Part shown: positions 1-13,300 of the stretch, in pieces
Numbering within the stretch: position 1 is the stretch's first letter
How the letters are laid out: the number at the start of each line of letters is the position of its first letter
Notes under the pieces: model-generated
Told to the model about the DNA's origin: nothing
Databases searched by the model: none
The model's input: the letters and a program-made list of their open reading frames with translations, nothing else
Assembly: GCF_000281045.1 (NCBI RefSeq)
Contig: NW_008246112.1
Span: 414,333 to 478,332, forward strand
Length of the DNA stretch: 64,000 nucleotides
Direction: 5' to 3'
Source: Saprolegnia diclina VS20
Taxonomy: Eukaryota
Made by a program: the position numbers and the translations under genes

Positions 1-100
1 CGACCAAGCGCCCTCAGCTTGACATACCGGCCAAACCTCATGAGCGCATTAGGAAGTCCACCATCTTCACTATATAATTGCATGTTGATAACTCATTTCA

Positions 101-316
101 ACAACGTCGCGACAATAATGTTCCAACGAATCGCGACAACGTCACAACAACGTCGCGACAACGTCCTAACAGTGTCGTAACAACGTCGTGACAGTGTTAC
201 GACAACGTCGCGACAGTGGTCGCGACAGTGGTCGCGACAGTCGTCGCGACAGTGGCGACAGCGGTCGCGACAATAGTGTTACAACAACATCGTAACAATG
301 TTACGACAGCGTCACT
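101..316. repeat. Degenerate tandem minisatellite of ~11-12 bp units (ACAACGTCGCG / ACAGTGGTCGCG)
   Basis: Repeated CGCGACA/CGTGACA/TACGACA cores throughout 101-316. Confidence 0.8.
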
Positions 317-894
317 TAATCTCGTGTTTTCTTGGGGTCGGTTTTGGTGGTTTCTGGTGGAGCTCTTCGGTTAAGGCTTCGCATGGGGTGGCGTGCAATC
401 TGAGGTGAGTTTGTGTCGTACGTGTGTACTAGTAGTAGTTTGGACTCGTCGGGTACGGAACCATGTACACCATGCCCCAAACCTCGTGTTTTCTTGGGGC
501 AGAGTGTGGTCGAGCTTCGCGGTTTAGATAGGGCATATGAGCCATCTAGCGGTCTTCCTACGTAGCATGCGCAGTGGTTTGACCCGTGTAGAAGGTTTGT
601 GCAGGGTGCTGTCGCGCTTTTTGATTTCAGTTTGGTATCGGGGCCGCGTGCAACTTGGCGGTATGTCTGTGTCGTAGCTTGGACAGTGCGGATGCCTTCC
701 ACCCTTGCGGGCTCGTGCACTATGCACGTCCTACGCACTTCGGCACACCATGTTGAGACTTCATTTTGCCCTAACGTTACCATAGATGATGACTGCTAGC
801 GCCTTCGGGATTCCATTGCGATTGGCTGAAAAATAGATATATTTAACCAATCCTGGCGTGGCACTGGCCAAGATCGCTCATCGGACGACCAAGC

Positions 895-3800
895 ATGCAC
901 CTGCCCGTGGCCGTGTGGAGCCACTGCGCGCTGCGAGACCTATCGCTGCGCGTGACGACAACCTGCGTCGCTCGAAGCGACGAGAGCGCGGCGACCGCCT
1001 TGGTCTGCGGCACGGCAACCGGCGTGCTCCTCCTCTTCCGGGCGACGGCGGGGACAACGACGTGGCGCCTCGCCGCGCTCCTGCTTCGACACAAGGCGCC
1101 GATCGCCGGCCTCGTCATCGGGACCAACGAATGGGGCCAGGCCATTTGCGCAAGCGTCGACGTCAACGGCGCCATCGGCTTGTGGCAGCTCTCGGATGGG
1201 CGCTGCCTCGCGTGGTTGCAGGCGGCGGCGACCGACATTGCGCCAGTGCTCGGGTACGGAATTCCATTCCGCTGCCTCGCTCTATCACGGCGCCTTGTAG
1301 AATGCAAATCGTGTCGAACGACCGCTACATGCTCGTCTACGGCGAGCAAGGTATGCATCATCCTCACTTGCCCGTCGGGCGCAACAAACAGCATTTTCTA
1401 GGGCGCATGGTGTTGCTCGACGCTTGGAAGGCCATCGTGCTGGCGTCGCCCGGCACGAGCATGCACCAAGCGCGCATTGACGTCGCCGTGGCGCCATGTC
1501 GCAAGACGTCGCATGTACTACAGCCTTCGCCAGCATTATGGTATGACGGTGCTGTCTTGTGTAGATGGCCTACGACGCCGTCCTTCTCTCGCTGGGCATG
1601 GAAGGCTTGGTGAGCTGCTTTGGCTGGACGCAGCCGATCGTCACGTCGTCGTCGGCGTCCGATCCGTGCCCGACCTTTGTGTGGACCCAAGCGGCGTCGT
1701 GGGTCATCTCGTGGTCGAGCGAAGCGTCCGACATTACGTGCATCGAGACATCGATCCATCCCGCGACCAACTGGCTGCACGTCGACCTCTTCCCGCTCCA
1801 CGTACGCGACATGTTTAGGCTTCTTAGCATCGTCGCTCTAGGCGCGACTGAGCCCGAACGGTCGGCTCGTGCTCTTCGTTTGGTCCAACCGTTGGGCCAT
1901 CCTCCAGCGCGCGTGGCTCTTCCACAGCATCGAGGACGAGACGACGATGCTGCCACACTGTATTCAAGCAACCGACGACGTCGAGTGGGTCGATGGCACG
2001 TTCGCAGACGACGAGCACGTGCTGTTGTGGACGGTCGACAATCGCGTCTACAGCTTTCCCGCCGTCGATTCATTGGCCACCGACGCTGACGGCAGCACCA
2101 CGACCTTCTTGTATCTGTTCACCGCGCCTGCCACCGACGCGGAGAAGCCAACGTCGACGGCCCGCCCGCTCCGAACGGCGAAGCTGCCTGACGTGCCTCT
2201 GTGCGCCGTGCCCGCTTGTGCCTGTCGCCGCCCACCGTTTGCCACGTCCTTTGGCACGATTGCGTGCACACCCAACGCCGGGATCACGTACGTGTGTCCC
2301 TCTGGCTGCACATGGCGGTCCTCGGCGACGACAAGCGCACCAACGCCACTGTCGACGCCAACGCCGTCACCACCGCGCGTATCCCACATGGTCATGGGCA
2401 AGAAGCCCGCACCCGGTACGCGTCGCTTGGTGCGTCATCGATTTTTATATTGCTACATGGGGTAGGCGCGTCGGCGCCCGCCTCCTTGCTGTGGAACACG
2501 CCTCTCCTGGTAGGGTCTTTCCGTCGAGTATCAATGTATCAACCAGCTTGCATAGATTCATGGGTACGACGACGGGCACATTTCGCTATGCCCGCTTGTC
2601 GGCGCGCCGCACATCACGCTCGACTGTCTCAGCAGCGCGATCACGAGCATCGGCCACGTCATTGTTAATGCGGTCGAGTCGACGCCGCATGCGGCGGCCG
2701 CGCCGCTCTACGAGGGCTACGCCGACAGCCCGACGTCGTCGGTGCGATACCCGTCGACCGAGAAGCTGCAGCGCATTTCGCTGCTGTTGCACAAGCTCCA
2801 GCACTCGCACCTCTCGACGCCAAAGGCGGCGTTGCTGTCGCCGCCAAGGTCATCGCCGCCGTCGGCCGAGACCTTGTCCGAGACGCCCATGGTCGTGCTG
2901 CTCTTCACAGGCAGTCGCGATGGCAGTGTGGGTGTCTCCCAGATTCGCCTTCGGTGCGTCGACTCGATGCAACTATCAAGTTGATACTCGTCGTAGTGTT
3001 GACGCCGGCGTCGTCGTGCCGTCGGCGACGCTCCTCCACTCGTTTCATCGACACCGCAAAGCGGTGCGAGCGATTCACGTGAGCGGCCCGAGCCCGCTCG
3101 GGCACCTCGTCGCGTGCGTGGGCGACGACCATGCGGTAGCCACCGATTGTGTCCATATCTTGATGCAACGATTCCTAGGTGAGCGTCTACACGGTGCGTA
3201 TGGACACGACCGCCCTTGACGTGGGTTTTTTCATGGACTGCGTCGGCCAAGGCGGCTGTGTCGTGGACGTTCGCTGGGACTTTCGCACCCAGCACGTGCT
3301 TCTCGAGTGCGACGACGCGCTCTTGTACGTATTCGGATCTATCTATCCAACGATCCATCTATCCATCTATCCATCTATCTAACCTTGGATATAGGTACAT
3401 TTGGAGTCTGCGCACGGGGGTTCTTGAGCGCATCGTGCCATCGGCCATGGTGCCTGCGTCAGCACCCGCCGAGGAGGCGCGCGATCCCGTCACGATCGCG
3501 TCCCCGCTGTCGGCTCCGATGGTCCACGTCATGACGTTTGAGCTACGGGCGACCGTCGAGCGACTGCAGCGCCTCTGGGCGTCGCCATCTGCTTCGGTGC
3601 ACTGCTCTACACCCTCTTTTTGGTATATAGTAACACACATCTAGTCGACGGGGACGGCTCTCGACGCGACATTCTTGTCGTTTGCGCTGTCCTGGGGACT
3701 CGACGCCCGCATTGACGCTCTCGTCGAGCGCTACCTCTGTACGTTGTCTCGTCTTATTTTGCAGAAGGACTCAGATGTCATTCGATAGACGTGCATGCGC

Positions 3801-5631
3801 CGTCATTGGCCTACTCGATGGCGATCACAGGCGCGGCGAAAGCGCTGACAGTGCCGCTGCCGAGCCCGTCGGCCCCGCACACGACCAAGTGGCAGCAGTC
3901 GTCGTTCGTCTCGGCCGAGATCGCCCTGGCTCTGGTACAAACAGCGTGGCCCAAGCGCCGCTCATGCCTTGCCGCAGGTGACCATGTGCACGAGCTTCAT
4001 GGACGACGAGCGAAAAGACGACGAACTGTCGGAGCAGCTGCAAGTGCTCTGGAGCCAGCTCATCACGCAGCACATGGTAAGGGCTTCGACCCTTAGCGTC
4101 CTTAGCTATGGATGTGTTATATATGACGCTAGGTCTGCCTCCCCGAGCAGGTAGATGCGTACGTCGAGCCGTCGCTGGACGTGCTTGCCTCGTACGGTTT
4201 TCACGAGTGGGAAGCGCTTCAGATGGCGTCGCGGCTTCTGTTGCACGGTACAAAATCGCTGGTGGATGGACTATGGGCGATGTATCGGCTGTAGGCGTGA
4301 TCAAGCGACTGCCGCCGACAACGCGCAGTACGACCGCCGCCGAGTACATGACGCGGTACCACTGCGAAGTCCAGCAGCTCGAGAAGGACCTTGGGAGTAG
4401 ACGTCGCGCTCTGCTAAAATGTCTCGTTCATTCGGCCATCCTAGGTCTCAAGCAAGTACCAGCTCCCCGCATCGTATCCCGACTCGGCTCGATGCTCGTG
4501 CTGCTCAGCGTCATGGGCACGTGCTTTCCTGGCGAACTCTCGCCCGCGAGCGCACGCCAAGTGTGCGACGTTCTCGTGTCGCTGCTCCAAGGCCCAGCGG
4601 CGACCGCCTGCGTCGCGGCCGAGCTCCTCGCCAAGGGCCTCCTCCTCTTCCGCCCACACCTTGTGGACCTTGCCCAGCTCGTGCGTCCTTCTCCTCCCAA
4701 CGACAGTTGGAACGTCTATCGAGATAGGTGGTGCAGCTCATTCCATTGACGCTGGACCCGTCGAATGACGAGCGGAAGCGGCTAAAGCAGGCCGCCATGC
4801 GTCTTCTCGTCGAGCTCGGGACGTGCGAGGCGGCCTCCGTCTTGCTTGTGCTCCAGCAAGAGATGAGCACGAGCGATCGAAGCTATGCGTACCGCGAAGG
4901 CGTCCTCGTCTATCTCATGACGTGGGTGAACCTCCAGCACCTTCTCATGGCGCGGCACCTTCCCGCGGTCATCGAGACCATCTTGTGCTGCCTCGACCCA
5001 ACCAAGCCCGACCGCCGGAAGAAGTGTCTGGCCATGGTCCGCCACCGATATCATGACAACTTGTCCGTACTTGATGGGTCGTTAATAGAGCACCAAGTGT
5101 CTTCACGACCTCGTCAAGCGATTTCCGATGGTCGACTTTCACAAGACGACGCAGCGCCTCGCCATCGGCACCATGGAAGGCGTCGTCTTGCTCTACGACC
5201 TCCGCACGGTACAAGTTCGTCGTCGACGAGCCAGCTCTCACTGTCTCTGTAGGCGACCAAGTGGCGAGTGCTGGACGGCCACACGACGGCGCTCTCAGCG
5301 GTGCTCTTCCGCAAGGACGGCGCCATGCTGGGTATATCTATCAATCTTTCAAGTGGCGATGGTAATGTACTATCGACTAGTGTCGTATGCGGCGAGAGAA
5401 GCGAGCGTGCGCTGGTGGAACGTGACGGCCGGGGGGCTTCTCTCGCTCCTCAAAGTGCAGCAGTCGTGCGTCCGCCAACTGCAGCTGGCGCCGCTTACGC
5501 AGCATCTCCAGCGACCCGCCGAATTGCACAAGGTGATTCAGAGCTGCCGCTTCCGACTGGCGCCCGACGACGTCAACGTCTGGCTCACGCGCGAAGACGA
5601 GTCGCTCTTGCCGCTCAATTTTCACATTTAG
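895..5631 (+). CDS. WDR7: WD-repeat protein, WDR7/rabconnectin-3beta-like (multi-exon)
   Basis: N-terminus MHLPVAVW...LLLRHKAPI...GAIGLWQLSDGRCL matches the WDR7 start. Spliced C-terminus RFPMVDFHKTTQRLAIGTMEGVVLLYDLRT-ATKWRVLDGHTTALSAVLF...SYAAREASVRWW matches the WDR7 end. Many short GT-AG introns. Confidence 0.85.
3337..3381. repeat. (ATCT/ATCC)n microsatellite inside a WDR7 intron
   Basis: atctatctatccaacgatccatctatccatctatccatctatcta lies between a GT donor near 3329 and an AG acceptor near 3394. Confidence 0.85.
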
Positions 5632-5757
5632 GACGACTACTGCCATCAAACCCCTGTCCAGTCCTGTGCTTACACTCTGTATGGATCCCTCCCTCGAAGG
5701 ACGCAACACGTCGTTCGTCGTACTCTATATACACTTGCATTCAAAGTAGAGTCTTCT

Positions 5758-8700
5758 CTACGCGGTCGTCTTGCTCATTTGACGAGCGACGAGGTTCTGG
5801 TACAAGCCATCAGGGATGTTCATGAGCTGGTCGTGCGTCCCGAGCTCGGCGACGCGGCCGTCGTGAACGACAGCAATGACGTCGGCGTTGCGGATCGTCG
5901 AGAGGCGGTGGGCCACGATGATCGTCGTCCGCTTCTTGAGCGTGAGGAGCTTGTCGAGCGACGCTTGGACAATGGCTTCGCTCTCCGTATCGAGCGCGCT
6001 CGTTGCTTCGTCGAGCAGCAAGATGGCAGGATCGCGAATGATGGCCCGCGCGATTGCCACGCGCTGCTTTTGGCCGCCCGAGATTTGCACGCCGCGGTCG
6101 CCCACCGACGTGTCGTAGCCGTCCGGGAACCGCTCGATAAAGTCGTGGGCATTGGCCTTCCTCGCCGCATCTTCCACCTCATTTCGACTCGCATTCGGCT
6201 TACCCATGGCGATGTTGTCGGCGATCGAGCCTGCAAACAGCACGGGCTCTTGCGACACGATCGCAATGTGGCGGCGCAGCGACGCGACGTTGAGCGATGC
6301 AATGTCGACGCCGTCGATGGTCACCGCCCCCGCGCTCGGGTCGTAAAACCGCTGCAAGAGCGCAATCGCGGTGCTCTTCCCGCTGCCGCTGCCGCCGACC
6401 AGCGCGAGCGTCTGGCCGCTTGAAATCGAGAGGTTGTAGTTGCGGTAGATCTGAGCGTCCGGCCGGCTCGGGTACGCAAATGCCACGTGCGAAAAGTGAA
6501 CGTCCCCTTGGACATGCTCCAGTGTCGCGCCAGCATCGGCCATCGCATCGATGCTTGGGATATGGTCGATGATGCCAAAGATGCTCTGGACCGCCTTCTT
6601 GGCCTTCCCGACGTCGCCGAGGCCTTGGACCGCAATGCCGACGCCAAACGAGCAGAAGAGGATCGCGTTGAGGACCGTCATCATGGCCTCAAAGGTCACG
6701 TCACCCCGGAGGAGGAGCCAGCCGCCAAAGTAAAACGTGGTGGCGATCGCAAGCACCATGGTCGACTGGCTGAGACCGTACGCCGACGCGCTCTTGAGCC
6801 CGAGTTTGACGTCCGTCGACGCCGACTGCTGGAGAAAAGTGAGATACGCTGTGTTGGTGGCCTTTTCAAGGCCAAACGAGGCCACTGTGCGGATCGAGTT
6901 GATCGCTTCCGAGAGAAGCGCGCCGGCGCAGAGGTCGCCGTCGTTGAGGTCCTTGTCGCCGCCGCCGAGCGTTTGCATCTCCATGACGCTCGCAAAGCCG
7001 AGAATGGGAAAGATGGCCATAAGCACGAGCGTCATCTTCCACGAGTAGTAGAACGCGACGCCAAAGCCGACGCCGAGCGACGAGACGTTGACAAGGACAG
7101 CGTTGAGCGACTCGGACGTCATGGACCGAATGGCCGCCGAATCGGTCGCGAGCCGGGTCGTGAGCGCACCGGGCGAGTGGCGCGGGTCGTCAAACCACGC
7201 CATGTCCTGGCGCAGCATCGCTTGGAAGCTCATGTAGCGAATGCGACCGGTGAGCCGCTCGGACGCGGTCGCAAACTGGTGGTACTGCGCAATGATGGCA
7301 ACGACGTACACAAGGCCCATAAAGACAAAGCTGAGGCCCCACCACATGGCTTGGTGGCGCATCTCGGATGACGAGAGGTCTTGGCGGTAAAAGAGCACGA
7401 CGCATTTCGTCAAGAGCAGGCCCCAGATAGGGTACACGGCGCCGTGGATGAGCGCGCCAAGACTGCCGACGACCAACTGTTGCACTTCCGGGCGACTCAG
7501 ACGCCACACGCGCGAGATGGGCACCAGCGGGCGTTTGAGCCCGGCACTGTCGACCGACGTCGCATCGTCGTCGCCAGTCGACGAGGCGGCGTCACCAACC
7601 TCTTTCGGGCGCTCGGTAGCTTGGGTTACGACCGCCGACGACTTTTCGTCCGAAGCCGCCTCGTCCGCTTCGTCGGCCGCGTGTCGCATCTGCGCCGTGA
7701 CGAGGCCCTTGTAGTGGCCATGGGGAATTGAGAGGAGGTCATCATGGGTGCCGTCTTCGACGACGACGCCGTCGCTCAAGACGACGATGCGGTCGGCGCC
7801 ACGGATCGTCGAGAGTCGGTGCGCAATGATGATGGTGGTGCGCTGGCGGGCAGCGACAAGCGCGTCGAGCGACGCCTGCACGACATGCTCGCTCTCCGTG
7901 TCGAGCGCACTCGTGGCTTCGTCCAGCAAAAGCACGCTCGGGTTCTTGATGATCGCACGGGCGATCGCAATACGTTGTTTCTACAACTATGGTTTTGTAT
8001 CAAGTTGAAACGAAATCCACATCGGTACCTGGCCACCCGAGAGCTGCGCGCCACGGTCGCCAACGTCCGTGTCGAAACCTGCGGGGAACCCCATGATAAA
8101 GTCGTAGGCATTGGCTTGCTTGGCGGCGGCCACGACCTCGTCGAGCGTCGCGTCCGGCTTGCCGCGGCGAATGTTGTTGGCGATTGTATCAGCAAAAAGG
8201 CTTGGCTCTTGGCCGACGAGACCGATCTGCGCGCGGAGCGAGGCTACGTTGAGGTCCCGCAAGTCGACGCCGTCGAGCGTGATGCGGCCGCCCAAGGGGT
8301 CGTAAAAGCGCTCGAGAAGCGACACGATCGTGCTTTTGCCCGACCCGCTTGCGCCCACGAGCGCAATCTTTTGGCCCGCGGGAATCGTGAGCGAGTAGCC
8401 ATTGCACACTGGAACGTGCGCGCGCGACGGGTACGCAAACGCAATGTTTTCCAATGTAATCTCACCGCGGACAGTGTTTGGATCGAGCAAACGTCCCGCG
8501 TCGTCGGTCACGTCGATGCGCGAGACGCGCGCAATGAGCGCGAAAATGTCTTGGGCCGCTGCGCGCCCCGTGTAGATGGCCTGGAGCGCCGGGCCGGCTT
8601 GGCCGAGCGCCATGGCACCCATGACGATGCAAAAGAAGATGGTGATGACGCGGCCACCGTTGTAGCACTCGCTAGTGACGCACCCGCCCGCAATGTCGTT

Positions 8701-9624
8701 GGTGATCTTGACCGCGCCATAGTACATACCGAGACCGTTCGTGAGGAACTGCGTGAAGAACATGACGCCCGTGCCGACACCGATCGCAAGGCCTTTCTTG
8801 ATGCCGGCGGCTTCCGTCTTGGCGAGCGCCGCATCGTACTTGGCGGCAATGCGCTCCATCGCGTGAAACATGTGCACGGTGCGGATGTTGCTCAGTGCTT
8901 CTTCGGCGACACCGCCGGCCTCGGCGTACGCGTCGACGCCGTTCTGCACCGCGTCCGAGATCGCTTTGGTCATATAGTAGGCCGAGAGACCGATAAAGGG
9001 CGTAAGCGCAAAGAGCACGAGCGAGAGTTCGTAGCCGTACGCAAAAGCGAGGACGATCGAGCCAATGCCCATGGCCGCGTAGTTGATGCCGTCGCCAACC
9101 TTGCGGCCAATGCCGTTCTGCACGAGGAGCGTCGTGTCGGCGACGCGCGTTGCGAGCGTCATGGGCTCGCTTACGTCAAACCAGCCGACCTCTTGGCGCA
9201 AGATCGCGCTGGCGTAGGCGTGGCGAATGCGCTTCGACTGCCGCGACGCCGCAATCGTCCAGCACGCCACTTGACCAAACGCGGTGAAGAGGACGGCTAG
9301 GCCGAGGTACACGAACTTGAGCACGACGTCGTTGATGCTCTTGCGAAAGAGGTCGGCGTTGGTGACCTCGCCGCTGGTCGGGTTGAAGGCGTTGATGATG
9401 TCGCCAAAGAAGAGGATCTGCACGGGCTGGGCGATGCCGGTCGCGGCCGCAAAGAGCGCGCCAGCAACCATGAGCACCTTGTCGGTCGTGTCGGCGTACT
9501 GGAAGAGCTTGGAGAGTGGAATGAGCGGCGCTGCTGTCGTTGTCGTTGGTGCTGTCGGGTCGGACGCCGTGTCGCTCTTGCCGCGCGGTGTGGCCAGCGC
9601 CCCATACGCGTCGGCGGTTGTCAT
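5758..9624 (-). CDS. ABCB1: Full-length ABCB (MDR/P-glycoprotein) transporter, TMD-NBD-TMD-NBD; one intron at 7981-8028
   Basis: Two Walker A motifs (GASGSGKS, GGSGSGKS), signatures LSGGQ|KQRIAIARA and ISGGQKQR, and LLLDEATSALD twice. A 48-nt GT-AG intron joins ORFs 7987-9624 and 5758-7935. Confidence 0.95.
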
Positions 9625-9946
9625 ATTGGGACGTGCGCTGGACGATGCAAGTAACGATATGAGCTCACGTCGTAGCTCGACGATGGACTAGACACTGGAC
9701 TACAGGTGGCGGTCGATGGCTTGTTGACGGGCGCGAAGGCCTGTCCATGGTGGAGGCAGGACCCATGACGTTTCGCTCTCTCTTGATGTTTGTATGTCCC
9801 TGCGATTTTGCCTGCCGTGATGATGGGCAAACCCAGCGCGCCGAAATCCACGTTGGAGCCAATCAAAAGCCAGTAAAATTTCGATGCACCAATCAAAACG
9901 CCGTATTGTTCGAACAACGTTTGAATTCCAACCCTTTCTATCACCG

Positions 9947-10032
9947 AGTGGTGTTGCACGCATTTGCCGAGTGCGTCATCAGGTTCGAGCTGTCGTCAAG
10001 TGGTGTTGCACGCATTTGCCGCGTGCGTCATC
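9947..10032. repeat. 34-bp direct repeat x2 (period 52) upstream of the ABCB gene
   Basis: AGTGGTGTTGCACGCATTTGCCG(A/C)GTGCGTCATC at 9947-9980 and 9999-10032. Confidence 0.9.
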
Positions 10033-10299
10033 CGTGTTGAGGCACGCGACCGACCATCAATCGCCCCCACCATCATCTTCGCAGGGTCAAGGCTCCCGAC
10101 ACAAGTGTCTGCACCAAATCGCTGCCTTAGTCTGCCGCTACGAACACGTTGCATAGTAGGAGCGCCGTCACTGCCTTCGATCCGTGGCAACACGGTAGTC
10201 GCTTCAACTTGCCACGTTATCAGCCGACACCCGAGGTTTCTATGCAAAATACGCACAAGACAAACACGGCGTTGCATTTCAAGCGGCCCAGTCGTACTA

Positions 10300-10384
10300 G
10301 CAGCAAGAAGCACTACGACCATGTAGCCCACTCAAACCGGCGTGGCAGCAAGAAGCACTACGACCATGTAGCCCACTCAAACCG
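10300..10384. repeat. 40-bp perfect direct repeat x2 (period 45) overlapping the MutS stop codon
   Basis: GCAGCAAGAAGCACTACGACCATGTAGCCCACTCAAACCG at 10300-10339 and 10345-10384. Confidence 0.9.
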
Positions 10385-13300
10385 CGGGTCGAACGGGAGC
10401 TACTGATGCCGAGGCGAGTGTATCTTTTTGGCGCTGCACGAGCGCCTTGGCCCGCTCGACGACGTTGGCGGGGCAGCCTACGCCATGTTAGATTTAGTGT
10501 GCATCCGACAACAACGTACCGGCGAGGGCCGCTACTTCGACGCCGTACGACTCTTTGGCGACGCCGGGCACGACGCGGTGGGAGAAGATCAGACCCGCCT
10601 TTCTACAGAAACCGGTTGACGCAGTTTGACAGTTTCGGCGTACTTGTGGCGAGCGACTTGCATGTGATGAAACGAGACCGCATGCGCGCTGGCAAAGATG
10701 CTGCTGAGCTCGGTAAAGTGGGTCGCAAACAACGTCCGGCTCTGGCGCCGAAGAAGCTCCTCGACCACCTACGCCATTAAGAACTGCGCTTTCAACAAAC
10801 GACTGGAGCGTACGGCTTGGGCGATGGCGACGCCGTCTTGGACCGACGTACCGCGGCCGACCTCGTCCATTAGGATGAGCGACCGATTCGTTGCCTAGAT
10901 GCGACGTGAGCTTCATGTGGCTTTTGCAGGGCGCACCTGCTTGAGAATCGTCGCTGTCTCTTGCATTTCTACCATGAACGTACTGCGGTCCGACGCCAGA
11001 TCGTCCGACGCGCCCACCTACATATGTCGTCGTAACCTACGAACACAATCACTCGATAGACAAGTTGTCCACACCCGGCTAAAGAGGCGGTCGACGATGC
11101 CAATGTGCGCGCTCACGGCCGGCACAAAGCTGCCCATCTATCGATTCAAACGGTATCAATCTATCAAGCCGAGACTCGGACATAAATTGCCTGCGCGAGG
11201 AGCACGAGGTGGGCCGTCTGCCGCAGAAATGTGCTCTTCCCGCCCATGTTGGGCCCCGTGACGATCCAGCACGAGTCGTCGAAAGCGAAATGCAAGCTGT
11301 TGGGTACAAACGCGCGCAAGTTGGCTTCGTGCGCGGAGGCAACGACCCAGTGACGTCCCTCGACGATGTGCATATCGGCCGACGTGGCCGACAGCGTCGG
11401 TCGCACCAGTTGGTGGTCCAGCGCTACGTGACACCATCAAAATCGACTGCACAAGTGCTGCGTACTGTTCTGGGCGTGGCTGGCCGCGACATCGAGTTGA
11501 TTCAATGCGTCGCCCAAGGTCTCGATGGCGGCTGACACCGCCAAGACGCGGCCTTGCAACTCCTTGAAGAGCGCTTCTTCGACCTCGACGCTCTAGAAAC
11601 GCTGCAGCGACATAGGCTCCATCAAGCAGTGTACGGTACCTGGTCCAACGCGTGGAACACATCCGAGTTGAGCTTATCGAGGGCGGGCGACCGGTAGCGA
11701 AGCGTTTTGGTCGTGGTTTGAATCAGCTGAAAGTGCGGTGCTACGCATGGTCAGCCGTGTTCTCTGCTACATCGATGCTTGGCGTACGCGTAAGCGGTGG
11801 TGACGTGTCTTGGGGCACTTCAACACACCAGCCCACGTGCTGCTTCTTGCGCGCCACACGAAGCTTGGCAATGCCCGTCTGCGTCTGGTACTCGCGCTGG
11901 AGGTCCCGAATCTGGTCGGTCACCGAGTCGTGGCAGAGACTGCGCCACCGATCGAGCTCCTTGGAGTACCCTAAGTCCACAATTTTGTTTCCATTCTCGA
12001 AACGTATCCGAACCGGGGCGGATAAAGTCGTGCTTTTGGTTGAGTTGCGTCAGGTCGTCGACGAGCGCTGCTTGCACGTCCGTGGCCATGGCGACGACTA
12101 GATATGTGGTAAATAACGTCATACTCTTTTATGGCGAAGCGTGTACCTTCGGGTACATCAAAGGCGCCTCGGAGACGCGAGATGAGCTCGCACGGCCAGT
12201 GGCGCGGTCCGTCCTGCAAGTAGTGGGCCAGCGCTTGGCTCTCCAGCACAGTGTCACTAATCTAACGCATTGCACTTTTCACAGCGCGCTCATTTCCATT
12301 CGAGCGTACTCGCTTGAGGTCTTTGGGCGTGCCGTTGCCCATCGCCAGACGCCGGAGGCTCCGCTCAATGTCCCCGCATTCCTACTGCAGCTTGAGCAAT
12401 CGATGGTGGAGTGTGGAGGCAAGCCTGCAGAACGTGACGTAGCTTGGAGAGTCCGTGGGTGTCCTGGAGCAGCCATGACACGGCGTCTTGACGCCGAGTA
12501 ATGTCGTCGACGCGCAAGAGCGGGGCCGAGAGGTGCGCCTGCCGCCAGTGTATCAAGAAGCCAAAGTACATTGCGTGTGTACCGCCAAGAGCCGCGCGCC
12601 ACCCGCCGTCTTGGTCTTATCAATCGCTTGCAGAAGGCTGTGCTGCTTGGTCCCGTGCATCGACTACGAATACGTTTAATAGATCGACGACACAACCTTA
12701 TTTGAATACCTTGGTGATCTCGAGCGACCGCCACGCGCTGGCGTCGATGAGCATGCGCGGCTGCAGCGCTGAAGCATCTTCCGGCGCGTGTGTCTGGAGG
12801 TGCGTGTATCGAAGGTACTCGGTGATCATGGCCGACGCCGACGCCGAGAGCGCTGCTGGTCGGTATGTCTTGAGACAGTGCGCGGGCAGTTTGGCCTCGA
12901 CGAGCTGCCAGAAGGAATCTGCCCAAATGGATAGGACGACATCGCGTAGCAGCGGTCGTACCCGTTGCACTTGTCGCGGCGTTGATCGGGAGGAGCATCT
13001 CGGTCGGAGAGAGGCGACAGAGCTCGCTCTCAAGCTCATCCAAGGTCGTCGCCAAGCGGTGAAACTCGCCTGTCGAGACGTCGGTCCACGCGAGCTCAAG
13101 CGCCTCGGCGTTTTGCGTCATGGCGGCGAGATAGTTGTTTTGGCCGGCGAGCAGCATCGAGTCGTCCGTGAGCGACCCAGGCGTCACCACCTAGGCGCCA
13201 TTTTCATTTCGTTTCACATCATCTACAATGTGCCAGTACCCGGACAACGTGCCGCTGGACGAGCGCGTGGACGCCGACGCCCTTGCGCTGCTTGGCGGCC

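Noticed and set aside
7744..9300. Long antisense ORFs (e.g. 518 aa here, 439 aa at 28309-29628, 392 aa at 33845-35023 and 54618-55796)
   Set aside because: Shadow frames of real genes caused by high GC3 codon bias; no motifs of their own.
9947..10384. CRISPR-like repeat-spacer pattern
   Set aside because: Only two copies of each of two unrelated repeats, very short spacers, eukaryotic context and no cas genes.
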